From NCBI GenBank assembly GCA_963662655.2, contig CAXXTU010000002.1, positions 1,568,001 through 1,632,000 on the forward strand: a stretch of 64,000 nucleotides of DNA, in the 5' to 3' direction. Under the pieces are notes generated by a model. It was not told the origin of the DNA, did no database searches, and saw nothing but the letters and a program-made list of their open reading frames with translations. This document shows positions 8,526-18,525 of this stretch, piece by piece. This DNA comes from Candidatus Cloacimonadales bacterium. Lineage in GTDB: Bacteria > Cloacimonadota > Cloacimonadia > Cloacimonadales > JAIOQZ01. The position numbers and the translations under genes are program-made. How positions within the stretch are numbered: position 1 is the first letter of the stretch; every line of letters begins with the position of its first letter.

Positions 8526-10580
8526 TTAGTCCTGTTCTTTGTACTCGGCGATGACTTTTTCGGCTACTTCGTACGGCACGCGTTCGTAGTGGGAGAATTC
8601 CTGCTCGAAGCGTCCGCGACCCTGCGTGAGGGATTTCAGTGCGGGGTAGTAGCTGAACAATTCGGCCAGCGGAAGCTGAGCGTTAAGAATCTGCTTCTTG
8701 CCGGACTGCTCCATACCGAGAATCTTGCCGCGACGGGTCGAGATATCGCCCATAACGTCGCCCATATATTCGTTCGGGATCACGATCTTCACCGTGTGAA
8801 TCGGTTCGAGAAGGATCGGATTCGCCTTCGCGAAACAGGCCTTCAGACACTGGGATGCAGCGATCTTGAATGCCATTTCGGAAGAGTCCACATCGTGGTA
8901 GGAACCGTCGTAGACTTCAACGCTGATATCAACGACTTTGTAGCCGGCGATGACGCCTCTGTCCATGGTTTCCACAACGCCCTTTTCGATAGCGGGGACG
9001 AACTTGCTGGGGATACGCCCGCCAACAATCGAATCGATAAATTCGTAGTTCTTGCCGCGCTCCGACGGTTTAAGGCGGAAGTAGACTTCGCCGTACTGAC
9101 CGCGTCCACCGGATTGTTTTTTGTGGCGGTATCTCTCGTCGGCGTTACCGGTGATGGTCTCGCGATAAGGGATGCGTGGGGTTTCGAGAACCGCTTCGAC
9201 CTTGAAGCGCTTCATGAGGTTCTTCACGACCAGGTTGATCTGCTGTTCGCCGGCGCCCGAGAGAATCTGCTCGTGGGTTTCGGTGTTCAGCTCGAGACGC
9301 ACGGTCGGGTCTTCGTCGAGAAGCCGGGTGAGCGCTGCGCCGATCTTGTCTTCGTCGCTCTGGTTGGCTGCACGGATGCGCTGCCAGTAGATCGGAGAAG
9401 GAAGCTTCGGGCTCGGGAAGCAATACTTGGCGTTGGTAGGAACGATGGAGTTCATACCGCGAGCGAGTTTAAGCTTGACCAGTCCGCCGATTTCACCGGC
9501 GCGAAGCTCGGTTGTGTCGGTGCGGTTCTTGCCCTGCACGTAGGAAACGGCGCCGATCTTGTCTTTACCGTCTTTTTCGGGGATCAGAACGTCCATGCCG
9601 CTGCGAAGCGTTCCCGAGAGAACTTTCACATACGCGATGTCGCCGATGTTCGGGTCTGCGAACGATTTGAAAATGTAAGCGTAGAGTTCGCCATCCGCGG
9701 AAGCCTTGATCTTCTTGATCTCGCCGTTGAAATCGGCAGGGACTTCAGGGCGATCAGCCGGGGACGGAAGGTAATCGATGATCGCGTCGAGAAGCGTCTC
9801 GACACCGACATCCTTGGTCGCGGAGGTTGCGAAAACCGGAACAACGATACCTTTGTTGATACCGACTTTTATACCGGACGCGAGTTCTTCGTCGGTCAGT
9901 TCGCCTTCCTCGAAGTACTTTTCGAGAAGCGTGTCGTCGGCTTCGGCAACGGCTTCCATGAGTTTCATGCGTGATTCTTCAACGAAATCGGCCATGTCGT
10001 CCGGAATCGCGGTTACCTTGCCGTCGACAAAGGCTTTGCCCTTGACGATGTCGACAACGCCATTGAATGTATTTTCCTTACCGATCGGGATGATCAGCGG
10101 AGCTGGGATGATCTCCGAGTTTTCCTGAATCATGTCGATTGCTTTCTGGAAATCGGCGTGCTCGTTGTCCAGGCGGTTCACGATGATCGCTTTTGCGATC
10201 GCGGGATTCTTCGCCATCAGTTCGAGCGGGAGCTCGAGACTCACGTCGAATCCGGCAGCGCCGTTCACAACCATGAGGGCTGTTTCAGCAGCAGTGAATC
10301 CGGCGATCTGCTCGCCGTAGAAATCCGGGTAGGAAGGGGCGTCGATCATGTTGACACGGGCGTTCTTCCAATCGAGATGGCCGATCGAAAGACTGATCGA
10401 CATTTTCTTCTCGATCTCTTCCGGATCGAAGTCCATTACTGTATTGCCTTCGTCGATCTTGCCGATTCTCGAAGTCGCTTTCGCTTTGTTGAGCATGTGT
10501 TCGACCAGAGTGGTCTTGCCTGATCCGCTACCGCCTACCAAAAGGATGTTTCGGATGTTCTTCATTTCATAGTTTTTCAT
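8526..10580 (-). CDS. elongation factor G-like protein (EF-G2/FusA2 paralog)
   Basis: EF-G domain IV/V motifs KKQSGGRGQYG, YDGSYHDVDSSEMAFKIA, LLEPI, MGDVMGD; non-canonical G-domain motifs. Confidence 0.9.
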   Translation of the reverse strand: MKNYEMKNIRNILLVGGSGSGKTTLVEHMLNKAKATSRIGKIDEGNTVMDFDPEEIEKKMSISLSIGHLDWKNARVNMIDAPSYPDFYGEQIAGFTAAETALMVVNGAAGFDVSLELPLELMAKNPAIAKAIIVNRLDNEHADFQKAIDMIQENSEIIPAPLIIPIGKENTFNGVVDIVKGKAFVDGKVTAIPDDMADFVEESRMKLMEAVAEADDTLLEKYFEEGELTDEELASGIKVGINKGIVVPVFATSATKDVGVETLLDAIIDYLPSPADRPEVPADFNGEIKKIKASADGELYAYIFKSFADPNIGDIAYVKVLSGTLRSGMDVLIPEKDGKDKIGAVSYVQGKNRTDTTELRAGEIGGLVKLKLARGMNSIVPTNAKYCFPSPKLPSPIYWQRIRAANQSDEDKIGAALTRLLDEDPTVRLELNTETHEQILSGAGEQQINLVVKNLMKRFKVEAVLETPRIPYRETITGNADERYRHKKQSGGRGQYGEVYFRLKPSERGKNYEFIDSIVGGRIPSKFVPAIEKGVVETMDRGVIAGYKVVDISVEVYDGSYHDVDSSEMAFKIAASQCLKACFAKANPILLEPIHTVKIVIPNEYMGDVMGDISTRRGKILGMEQSGKKQILNAQLPLAELFSYYPALKSLTQGRGRFEQEFSHYERVPYEVAEKVIAEYKEQD

Positions 10581-10855
10581 AAGTTCCTCGTTGTTTCCTT
10601 TCTATTTCTTTTCAATTCATTCATGATTCATCCAGCGATCGTCCACTACGAGAACCTCCCGGCTCTCCTTCAGGACATTACCACATTAAATCGGAACGCG
10701 TTTAAAATCAATTGGTTCCACGCACATCCCCATCGAGACAAAAGCCTTTCGCATGGTAATGATGCAAGTTTTCAATTTTTTGAAGACGGATAATCTTGTC
10801 AAACTATTCCGTTAGAAGAATTAGTGTGACTCAAAACTGAACATCCGATGATGAC

Positions 10856-11062
10856 CTAATCGCGATACTTATTCCAGAAATGACGAATAAGGAAATATCC
10901 GATCACGAACTGTAACAGCCAACAGATGAAATCGATGAGTAAATACAACGCGTTGAAATCACTGTGGAAAAGCCTCCACTGGAAGTTGAAGAAATAAAAA
11001 AGCATCCCCTTTAAAAAATAGAGAACCAGGATTGTGATGATTACCAGGAAAATTCGTTTCAT
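10856..11062 (-). CDS. small two-TM hypothetical membrane protein
   Basis: 68 aa, two hydrophobic segments, AGGGAG RBS upstream. Confidence 0.55.
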   Translation of the reverse strand: MKRIFLVIITILVLYFLKGMLFYFFNFQWRLFHSDFNALYLLIDFICWLLQFVIGYFLIRHFWNKYRD

Positions 11063-11111
11063 TGTGCTCCCTTCTTACTCTTTATTCGTTGCTTACGAAA
11101 ACATCAACATA

Positions 11112-11244
11112 CTCGGGTACAGATTCGTTCGATCCCCATTCTCGTCGTGGTGTTTCACACCCTTACCACCGCACTCTCCCCTTCCATTCGTAGGGGTGTG
11201 GTATATCCACTACGAGAATGGGGATCGGGCGAAGATGCCCCGAG
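11112..11244 (+). repeat. dispersed covarying hairpin element, copy 3
   Basis: Outer ctcggg/cccgag; stem gatccccattctcgt/acgagaatggggatc; GGTGTTTCAC/GTGGTATATCC core; unrelated apical loop. Confidence 0.9.
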
Positions 11245-11277
11245 CGCCGACCTCGCAGCGACATTCTCTCGATATCT

Positions 11278-12579
11278 CTATTTGAGCAGCAACGCCTTGC
11301 GCACCGCCTTATCTCCGCCATGCTCCACCATCATCAGGTATACGCCCGACCCAGCGGATTTCCCCGCGGAATCGACTCCGTTCCAGCGGAACAACCCGGT
11401 TCCGGCAGAAACGTCATACCGATCCGCCCGGTATACAAGCTTTCCCCGGATATCGTAGATGCTCAGTTGCGTCTCCCCTGGAGATTCGACGCTATACGCG
11501 ATCGAGACTTCCGGATTGAATGGATTCGGGTAAAGCGACAACGACAGCGCCGATTTTGCTTCCGCCACCGTTTCATCGTCAATTGCATAACCCTGCAAGA
11601 CAATCTCTTCGTAGTAATCTCCACCCGCTATCTCGAAGTCGCCCTGATACGGCATGTACGCAAAATGAGTCACCGCGAAGCCGTACGTTCCATCGAGAAG
11701 CGGTACGGAAAACACACCCGTGGAATCGGTGGTTGCCACCGCGAAATCGTTTGGATTATTCTGGTTCGTTATCAGAATTGCTGCATTGTTGACCGGATTT
11801 TCCTGCGCATCCATTACGATGCCCTCGAAACAGCCGTCAGGCTCTGAGTACAGGAAGTTCACCCCCGTCATGTGCCCGTTAACTATAAGAACCTGCGCAT
11901 CCGGCGCGACGTAGCTTCCCTCCAGATCCAGTAAACTCAGCACGCCGACAAAGCACGTTGCCTCAGGGAGATCGTCCGGCACGAATATCTGATAGGTTCC
12001 CAGGATGCCGGTCATCTCCGAAAGCAGGTAACGCCCCTCACCCATATACGCCAGCAGGGCTTCAAGCGAGAAATCCTCCATCAGCTCCATCACTTCTTCA
12101 AGGCCGACATTATAGAATGAATATACCAGAGCTCCAGGAACCGGCAAGTCAATCCACGAACCCTCCGATGTGACCGAACCGACGATCGAGTAGTCCGAAT
12201 CGAGCTGTTCGAACGAAAGCGTCACGGAATCGGAAACGCCATCGTCCGTAACCGTAAATATGATCGTGGCAGCCTCGGGAAACGATACGAAATTGCTGAA
12301 GCCAAATGCGAATATGCCATCGACGCCGGTTTCGTCCATCGCGCCGCCATCTTCCAACGGTTGGTCCTGTGTATCCATCACCGGAAGCTCCATGCCCATC
12401 GCACTGATCGTGATGGCGTAGTCGGCAGCGTTGCCCTCCGATTCGAATTCAAAATAGACTGCAACGGAATCGCCAACAGCGATCGATGCCTCATCCTGAC
12501 CATTTATCGTAAAATTGTGTGCAGCGCTTAACAGGGTTGATATTGCAATGAGGACAGCAAACAGGTATACCTTTTTCAT
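11278..12579 (-). CDS. secreted protein with carboxypeptidase-regulatory-like domain and FlgD/T9SS-like C-terminal domain
   Basis: Signal peptide; GIVMDAQENPVNNA..TTDSTGVF; C-terminal YPNPFNPEV..IYDIRGKLV..WNGVD..SGVY..KALLLK. Confidence 0.75.
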   Translation of the reverse strand: MKKVYLFAVLIAISTLLSAAHNFTINGQDEASIAVGDSVAVYFEFESEGNAADYAITISAMGMELPVMDTQDQPLEDGGAMDETGVDGIFAFGFSNFVSFPEAATIIFTVTDDGVSDSVTLSFEQLDSDYSIVGSVTSEGSWIDLPVPGALVYSFYNVGLEEVMELMEDFSLEALLAYMGEGRYLLSEMTGILGTYQIFVPDDLPEATCFVGVLSLLDLEGSYVAPDAQVLIVNGHMTGVNFLYSEPDGCFEGIVMDAQENPVNNAAILITNQNNPNDFAVATTDSTGVFSVPLLDGTYGFAVTHFAYMPYQGDFEIAGGDYYEEIVLQGYAIDDETVAEAKSALSLSLYPNPFNPEVSIAYSVESPGETQLSIYDIRGKLVYRADRYDVSAGTGLFRWNGVDSAGKSAGSGVYLMMVEHGGDKAVRKALLLK

Positions 12580-12678
12580 CTCGACTCCTTATTCTGCGGA
12601 ATATAACAATTATATCCACACATAAGCGCGTGTCAATGATAATCTTCCTGTATTGTCATCAGCATTTCCCATGCAAAC

Positions 12679-12706
12679 AAAAATCCCCGGCGATGAACCG
12701 GGGATT
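12679..12706 (-). terminator. intrinsic terminator after GLUG protein
   Basis: aatccccgg/ccggggatt stem with an A run on its left. Confidence 0.55.
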
Positions 12707-12726
12707 GATATTTCACGCTCGTACAA

Positions 12727-15700
12727 TCAGTTTTTCCTTCCGGGTGTTTCTGCGACAACCGTTTTCCTGGCATTGCTTCGATTTCCCCGGCCCTCGTCGT
12801 CAATGTACGATTTGAACATATAGAATCTACGATTCCCGCTCATGGGGGCAATCCAGGAAGTGTTATCGAAGACTCCGCTTGTGTCTTCGGTAAAAATCCC
12901 GTTTGGGGAGTCGCTGGAGTAGATGCGATAACCGTCCACATACGGCAGAACATCCCATGTGTAAACAACATCACTACCCATAGTCATGAACGAAAGGTTA
13001 TTCGGCAACACAGGAACCACAGGGGTTCCCTCTTCCCATGAGAGAAGCGGATAGCCGCTATTATTCACGCCGTCGAGCTTCCAGAAATCTTCGGTACCGT
13101 TCATCGTTTCACCCTTGAAATCCCACCCGTTGAATATGAATGTATTGGAATCTTTCATTTGATCGGTGGGCAATCCAGTGCCACCGTTGCTGGTTGACAT
13201 TCCTGATGTGGCGGTATCGTAGAAGCAGTTCTGGATATTGGTGGCGCTTCTGCTTGCGATGAATCCTGCGGCATTGGTAATGCCGTCGACAAATCCCGTG
13301 CTGAAGCAGTTGACGATCGCGCAGCCATCGGATGCAGCGCCGACAAAGCCCGCAACAGCATCATTGCCAGTCACCTGTCCGGTGCTGTAGCAGTTTTCGA
13401 TTGTCGTGTCGATACATTGCCCGACCGCCCCACCGACTTGATTGACGCTGGAGACGTTACCGCTGCTGAAGGATGTGTTCAATTCTGCTGTGATCAATTC
13501 GCCGGCGATACCTCCGCAAAGATCGAGATTGGACGAAACCTCACCCAGGTTGCAGCAATCGGTTATCTCCCCGTAGTAATGGTATCCACAGATGCCGCCA
13601 ATCCCCGATCTTCCGTCGATATCTCCCGTATTGCAGCAATCGATGATCGCCGTCTCCTGGTTCCATCCCGCGATACCGCCGGAATGATTTTCGCCGAAGA
13701 TTCCGGCTGCGTTATGGCATCCGGAGATCGTGGATCCCCAGGTAATTCCTGCCATTCCGCCGATGTAGAACGTGTCGCCGGTAATCTGCCCGGAGGTATA
13801 GCATCCCGCGATCGTCCCTGCCTCGAGTCTGCCTGCGATGCCTCCGCTATTCATTTTTGCGATAATATTGCAGTTTGTAAGACGTACATTCCGAACCGTG
13901 CCATAAACGATATACCCGAACAAGGCTTGATAGTAACCGTCCGGGCGATTGATCTTGAGGCCGTCGATCGCGAAGTCCTGTCCATCGTAAACCCCCACGA
14001 AGTAATCCGAGCTAGAGCCGATGGGCTTAAAACCTTCGCTGTCATTGTAACTCTCGCCTTCTGTGGCGTCGATATCCGCGATCTGGACGAAATGAGCATC
14101 CCAGACGTCACTCTCTTCGCTCAGCCAGTAAAGATGAGAGAAATCGGCAATTTGATACGGGTCTTGTTCCGTACCGCTTCCGGTTGGAATTCCGCCGACG
14201 TTAGTATATCCCTGCCAGCTAAGGAAGGGATAACCGCCATTCTCGACAGGATTGACGCCCCAGATATCATCGGTTCCGTTGGCCGACTCGTCCATCATGT
14301 CCCAACCGCCGAGATAAAAGGTGATATACGACTGCATTTCGGCAGTACATAAGCCGGTCCCTTTTACACTCTCCTCAACACCGGAGGCATCCACATCCCA
14401 GTAACATTGCCGGAATGTACCCGGCATGCCATACCCAACGATGAATCCGCCACCACCGTTGGGAATACTGCAAGTACTGTAGCAGCGTGTAAAGGAGTTA
14501 TCGGATGACGGGATGTACATGAAACCACCCGCATGGTTCGCCGGCGCGTTGATCACGCCATGGCAGTAGCAATCAACGGCGTTTATCGCGCCATTCGTCG
14601 AGCCGATAAAACCGCCACCAGTCTCCACCACTGTAACGTCCATCGACGAGAAGCAGCGCTCCACAGTGAATCTGCGACCTTCCCCGATCAATCCTCCGGG
14701 TGAATTTCCTATGACCGATCCGGTGCATGAAGACTCCAGGATGATTGTGCTGAAGCTTTCATCAGGTAGCAATTGGCCCACCGCTTTCCCGACGAAGCCG
14801 CCCGTGAATTCGACACCAATGATCTCGACATTGCCGGAGCAACCCGTAATAGCGGTGTCCGAGATGCTGCCTGCGAGTCCGCCTATGGAGTCGCCGCCCT
14901 GAACTGAGCCTCTGACAGAGCAGCCGATAACCGTTGAATTCACCGCCTTCCCGACGAGACCTCCCGCGGTATCCGAAGCTACGATACTTACATTGGTCAG
15001 TTCTATGTTCGCGACATTAGCCGAGTCCAAGTATCCGAAGAAACCCTGGTAAGAGCCTGAGCCGGATATGTTCAGTCCGTCAATCGAATACCCTTGTCCG
15101 TCATAGTAGCCTGTGAAAGGCAATACATCGTTTCCGATCGGTGTCCAATTCGTGCGACTACTTAGTTCGATGTCCGCAACCTGCAAGTAGTAGTCTCCCC
15201 AATTCCCCGACGAATTCGCCATCCACAATAAATTCTTCATCACCGCAATCCGGTAGGGATCGGCTTCCGTACCCGCGCCATCGGGTTTCTCCGGGCTGCC
15301 TGCCGTATGTTCGTATCCCTGCCATGCGAGGAATGGATAACCGTCATTCTCGGAGGCGTTCAAGCCCCAGTAGTCATCGCTGCCGTTGCTGTATTCGTCG
15401 ATGAAATCCCATCCATTGTCGTAATAAGATGCAAGTTGCTTCATCTCAGCCGTTGTCAACCCTGTTCCGCCTTCACTGATCGAGATCCCCGACAACTCGG
15501 CATCCCAAAAGCAATCGACGACATGAGGCGAGGTAAAAAGGTCGGCGACAAAACCGCCATTGTTTAACGATGATCCTGTCATCGTGCAAGCGGAATAGCA
15601 GTTCTCGGTTTTGCTGGTATCCAACATTTGCGCGGCGAATCCGCCGGTTGCATTCGCGCAGATCGCGATCGTACCCTGGTTGTATGAATTGGATATCTGC

Positions 15701-17499
15701 GACGTTCCTCGCATTCTTCCGACAAAGCCTCCGACATTGCCGCAATCAACCGAGATATCACTAATGCAGTAGCAGGAATTTACTTCGGAATTCAACATTT
15801 CGAATACAAATCCCGCTCCTTGATTCTCTCCAGTAATTATACATGCTGCCCTGGAATTTTCGATCAGGGTGTGGTTCGTGATTGTTGAGACCATCCCAGC
15901 TCCACAATAGAAACTTTCAACCGAGCCCCCAGCGGTACACCCCGTGATTGTGGAGTTAGCGGCCTTTCCGACCATACCCCCAACATCGTCGCTACCGGAT
16001 ACCGTCACGTTCGTCTCGCAATCTTCAATCGCGCTTGTGTCGGATACAAAGCCGGCCAAACCTCCGATATAGTTATTTCCGTCGGTGATATCGCCGGTTA
16101 CCTTGCAAGTAATGAACCACGAGTTAACGGCCGATCCGACAAGTCCCCCGACACGCGACGCTCCCGTAATGTCTACATTGATCAACCTCAAGTCGTGAAC
16201 CATAGCGTTTTGAGTATACCCGAACATACCCTGATTATCTGTATCGGGGCGGTCGCATATAAGATTGGAAATCCTGTACCCGTTTCCGTCGAACGTTCCA
16301 GAGAAGGGGATGCTGCTATGTCCGATCGGCCTGAAGCCGGCTCCATTCGCCCAGCTCTGAGTATCTTCAGCATTGATGTTTGACGACATGCGGAAGTATT
16401 TATCCCAGTAGTCAACCCGGGAACTGAGCCAGAGCAGATGATCAAGCTGTGATATTGTGTATGGATTGCTCGAGATGCCTTCTCCGGATGGTTGTGTGCC
16501 GGCGGGAGGAAAATGTTCGTATCCTTCCCAGGCAAGGAAGGGGTAGCCTTCGTTGTAAAGTCCGTTCATGCCCCAAATGTCGTTCGTGCCGTCGCCGGAA
16601 TCCACCATGAAATCCCATCCTATTGTCTGGTAGGGGGCAATCTCTTTCATGTTGACAGTTTGAAGCCCTATTCCGCCGAAGCTTGAAGTCTTTCCTGAGC
16701 TGTCCGTATCCCAGACGCAGTTTAATATCAAGTAGTTATCCGAATAACCGACAAGCCCCCCAGTAAAAGTCGATCCGTTAACCAGGCCTGTACTGTAGCA
16801 GGATTGAGCGGAGGAAGAGTAATTAGCTCCCAGCAATCCACCGACATAGCTTGTGCCGGTCACCGTCCCGCGTGCATAGCTTGATGTGATTATCGCATTG
16901 TTGTTCGTCTTCCCAACAAGTCCGCCGGTGGCGTCTGACCCTGTAACATTGCAGAAACTCCAGCAATTATCGATCACACTGTTTACACGCAGGAATCCGA
17001 CAAGTCCGCCAGTGGAGCCTGAGCCGGTTACCGATCCTGTGCTGTAGCAGTTTATAATATGTGATGTCCCGGCACATAACGAAGCAAGCGCTCCAACTCT
17101 CGTATCGCCAGTGATACTGCAATCCGTGATACCCAAATTCTGGATTGTCGCACCATTAACACGCCCAAAGAGGCCCTGATCATTGGCGGTTCGATCGATA
17201 AACAGACCGTCGATCTTATAGTGATCTCCGTCGTAAGTACCGGTAAAATCGGTATCTCCATCTCCTATAGGAGAAAATCCGGCACCGCTGTTCCAACTGG
17301 AAGTCCCTGAGGCGTCGATATCGTCCGTCTGAATGAAGTGACTCGACCAGCTTCCAGAGTTTGTACTGAGCCATAAAAGATTGTTGAGCGAATCGATTTC
17401 ATAAGGACTACCCGATGTACCTGAGCCCACAGGCTGGGTTCCATCGGCGAACAGGCCGAGTGAAAGCAGCAAAAAAACATATACCGGCAAATAACGCAT
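12727..17499 (-). CDS. large secreted GLUG-motif repeat (adhesin-like) protein
   Basis: Signal peptide MRYLPV..., GGAGG RBS; four modules G.G...PY.I..L.W...F.G.YDG...(GGLVG)n...GYP.L.W. Confidence 0.85.
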   Translation of the reverse strand: MRYLPVYVFLLLSLGLFADGTQPVGSGTSGSPYEIDSLNNLLWLSTNSGSWSSHFIQTDDIDASGTSSWNSGAGFSPIGDGDTDFTGTYDGDHYKIDGLFIDRTANDQGLFGRVNGATIQNLGITDCSITGDTRVGALASLCAGTSHIINCYSTGSVTGSGSTGGLVGFLRVNSVIDNCWSFCNVTGSDATGGLVGKTNNNAIITSSYARGTVTGTSYVGGLLGANYSSSAQSCYSTGLVNGSTFTGGLVGYSDNYLILNCVWDTDSSGKTSSFGGIGLQTVNMKEIAPYQTIGWDFMVDSGDGTNDIWGMNGLYNEGYPFLAWEGYEHFPPAGTQPSGEGISSNPYTISQLDHLLWLSSRVDYWDKYFRMSSNINAEDTQSWANGAGFRPIGHSSIPFSGTFDGNGYRISNLICDRPDTDNQGMFGYTQNAMVHDLRLINVDITGASRVGGLVGSAVNSWFITCKVTGDITDGNNYIGGLAGFVSDTSAIEDCETNVTVSGSDDVGGMVGKAANSTITGCTAGGSVESFYCGAGMVSTITNHTLIENSRAACIITGENQGAGFVFEMLNSEVNSCYCISDISVDCGNVGGFVGRMRGTSQISNSYNQGTIAICANATGGFAAQMLDTSKTENCYSACTMTGSSLNNGGFVADLFTSPHVVDCFWDAELSGISISEGGTGLTTAEMKQLASYYDNGWDFIDEYSNGSDDYWGLNASENDGYPFLAWQGYEHTAGSPEKPDGAGTEADPYRIAVMKNLLWMANSSGNWGDYYLQVADIELSSRTNWTPIGNDVLPFTGYYDGQGYSIDGLNISGSGSYQGFFGYLDSANVANIELTNVSIVASDTAGGLVGKAVNSTVIGCSVRGSVQGGDSIGGLAGSISDTAITGCSGNVEIIGVEFTGGFVGKAVGQLLPDESFSTIILESSCTGSVIGNSPGGLIGEGRRFTVERCFSSMDVTVVETGGGFIGSTNGAINAVDCYCHGVINAPANHAGGFMYIPSSDNSFTRCYSTCSIPNGGGGFIVGYGMPGTFRQCYWDVDASGVEESVKGTGLCTAEMQSYITFYLGGWDMMDESANGTDDIWGVNPVENGGYPFLSWQGYTNVGGIPTGSGTEQDPYQIADFSHLYWLSEESDVWDAHFVQIADIDATEGESYNDSEGFKPIGSSSDYFVGVYDGQDFAIDGLKINRPDGYYQALFGYIVYGTVRNVRLTNCNIIAKMNSGGIAGRLEAGTIAGCYTSGQITGDTFYIGGMAGITWGSTISGCHNAAGIFGENHSGGIAGWNQETAIIDCCNTGDIDGRSGIGGICGYHYYGEITDCCNLGEVSSNLDLCGGIAGELITAELNTSFSSGNVSSVNQVGGAVGQCIDTTIENCYSTGQVTGNDAVAGFVGAASDGCAIVNCFSTGFVDGITNAAGFIASRSATNIQNCFYDTATSGMSTSNGGTGLPTDQMKDSNTFIFNGWDFKGETMNGTEDFWKLDGVNNSGYPLLSWEEGTPVVPVLPNNLSFMTMGSDVVYTWDVLPYVDGYRIYSSDSPNGIFTEDTSGVFDNTSWIAPMSGNRRFYMFKSYIDDEGRGNRSNARKTVVAETPGRKN

Positions 17500-17654
17500 G
17501 TTTTTCCTCCTTTGACAATATGTACAAACTGAATACGATTTACCGAATGATGTCAAGATTTTTACTTTGAGGAGGTTATGTGTAAGATTAAAAAAAATCC
17601 CCAGAAACGATATTCCGGGGATAAGTTTTTCAGATTATTTGATTGATATTGAGG

Positions 17655-17828
17655 TTATGGAGAGTCGATACAATTTACCGGACACTCCTGAGCGCACGCT
17701 CCGCAATCGACACATTTCTCGGGATTGATCCAGCGTTTCTCATTGACTTCCGATATTGCTTCTACAGGACAGACGACTTCACAAGCCCCACAGTTAATGC
17801 ACTCGTCCTTCCGGATATTGAAAGCCAT
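17655..17828 (-). CDS. 2[4Fe-4S] ferredoxin
   Basis: CINCGACEVVCP and CVDCGACAQECP; GGAGG RBS before MAFNIRK. Confidence 0.92.
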   Translation of the reverse strand: MAFNIRKDECINCGACEVVCPVEAISEVNEKRWINPEKCVDCGACAQECPVNCIDSP

Positions 17829-17952
17829 ATCGCCTCCTTGGTATTCATACGACAATATGCCGCCGGACCAAGTCAAGACAAATTATATCTTTGAAATAAA
17901 GAAAGATAGCTTTCCCTGAGCGGATTTATACACTTCTATTTTTTTACCTTAA

Positions 17953-18291
17953 TCACAGAAGCCGCGAAGACTTGGTCGGTTTGGGCGTTTTCACGACAAG
18001 GATCCTCAGCGTTGAACCCGAGCGATTGTGCCAGCAGTGCGGGATACTCTTCGGGCTTTCGATCAGCGTGTCACGAACCACTTCGAGACTCTCGTCGCCA
18101 ACATCCACGACTCCGGTACCTTCCAGAACATAAAAGAACACATCAACAGGTGTGATATGGGGAATCAGGGACTCTCCGGGCTCGAGCGTAATGTGCATAA
18201 CCTGAGCGTTTTCTTTTTCGTATATTTTGCTGACTTTCACCTTGTGAGGCGTTTCAAGCAATTTTGCCATCTTGTATGTCATGATATTCAT
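17953..18291 (-). CDS. cupin domain protein
   Basis: LEPGESLIPH..P...FYVLEGTG...PH..HN. Confidence 0.85.
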   Translation of the reverse strand: MNIMTYKMAKLLETPHKVKVSKIYEKENAQVMHITLEPGESLIPHITPVDVFFYVLEGTGVVDVGDESLEVVRDTLIESPKSIPHCWHNRSGSTLRILVVKTPKPTKSSRLL

Positions 18292-18487
18292 GATTTCTCC
18301 TTTTTTCATCGAAATGCGCTCGAAGACAATAATGTCCCGTTTCCGCTTTGAAAGAGTATTTGCTATAGTTCAAAGCTGTAGAATCATTTCGATTTCCAAT
18401 CACGGGGCAAATACTCTTCCAAAGCGGAAAGCGTCCCAAAATCGCTGCGCGATCCCACCCATTGATGCGAGCGCATTTCGAGAGAGT

Positions 18488-18516
18488 GGGAGGCTCGAGA
18501 TGAATTCGAGCCTCCC
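18488..18516. terminator. strong hairpin just downstream of hcp
   Basis: gggaggctcga/tcgagcctccc perfect 11-bp stem, no clear U tract. Confidence 0.45.
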
Positions 18517-18525
18517 GGATTGCGT

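Noticed and set aside
8589..9974. Long antisense ORFs (also 30129-31751, 13417-14352, 61348-62316, 23672-24496)
   Set aside because: These are shadow frames opposite well-supported genes and have no recognisable motifs.
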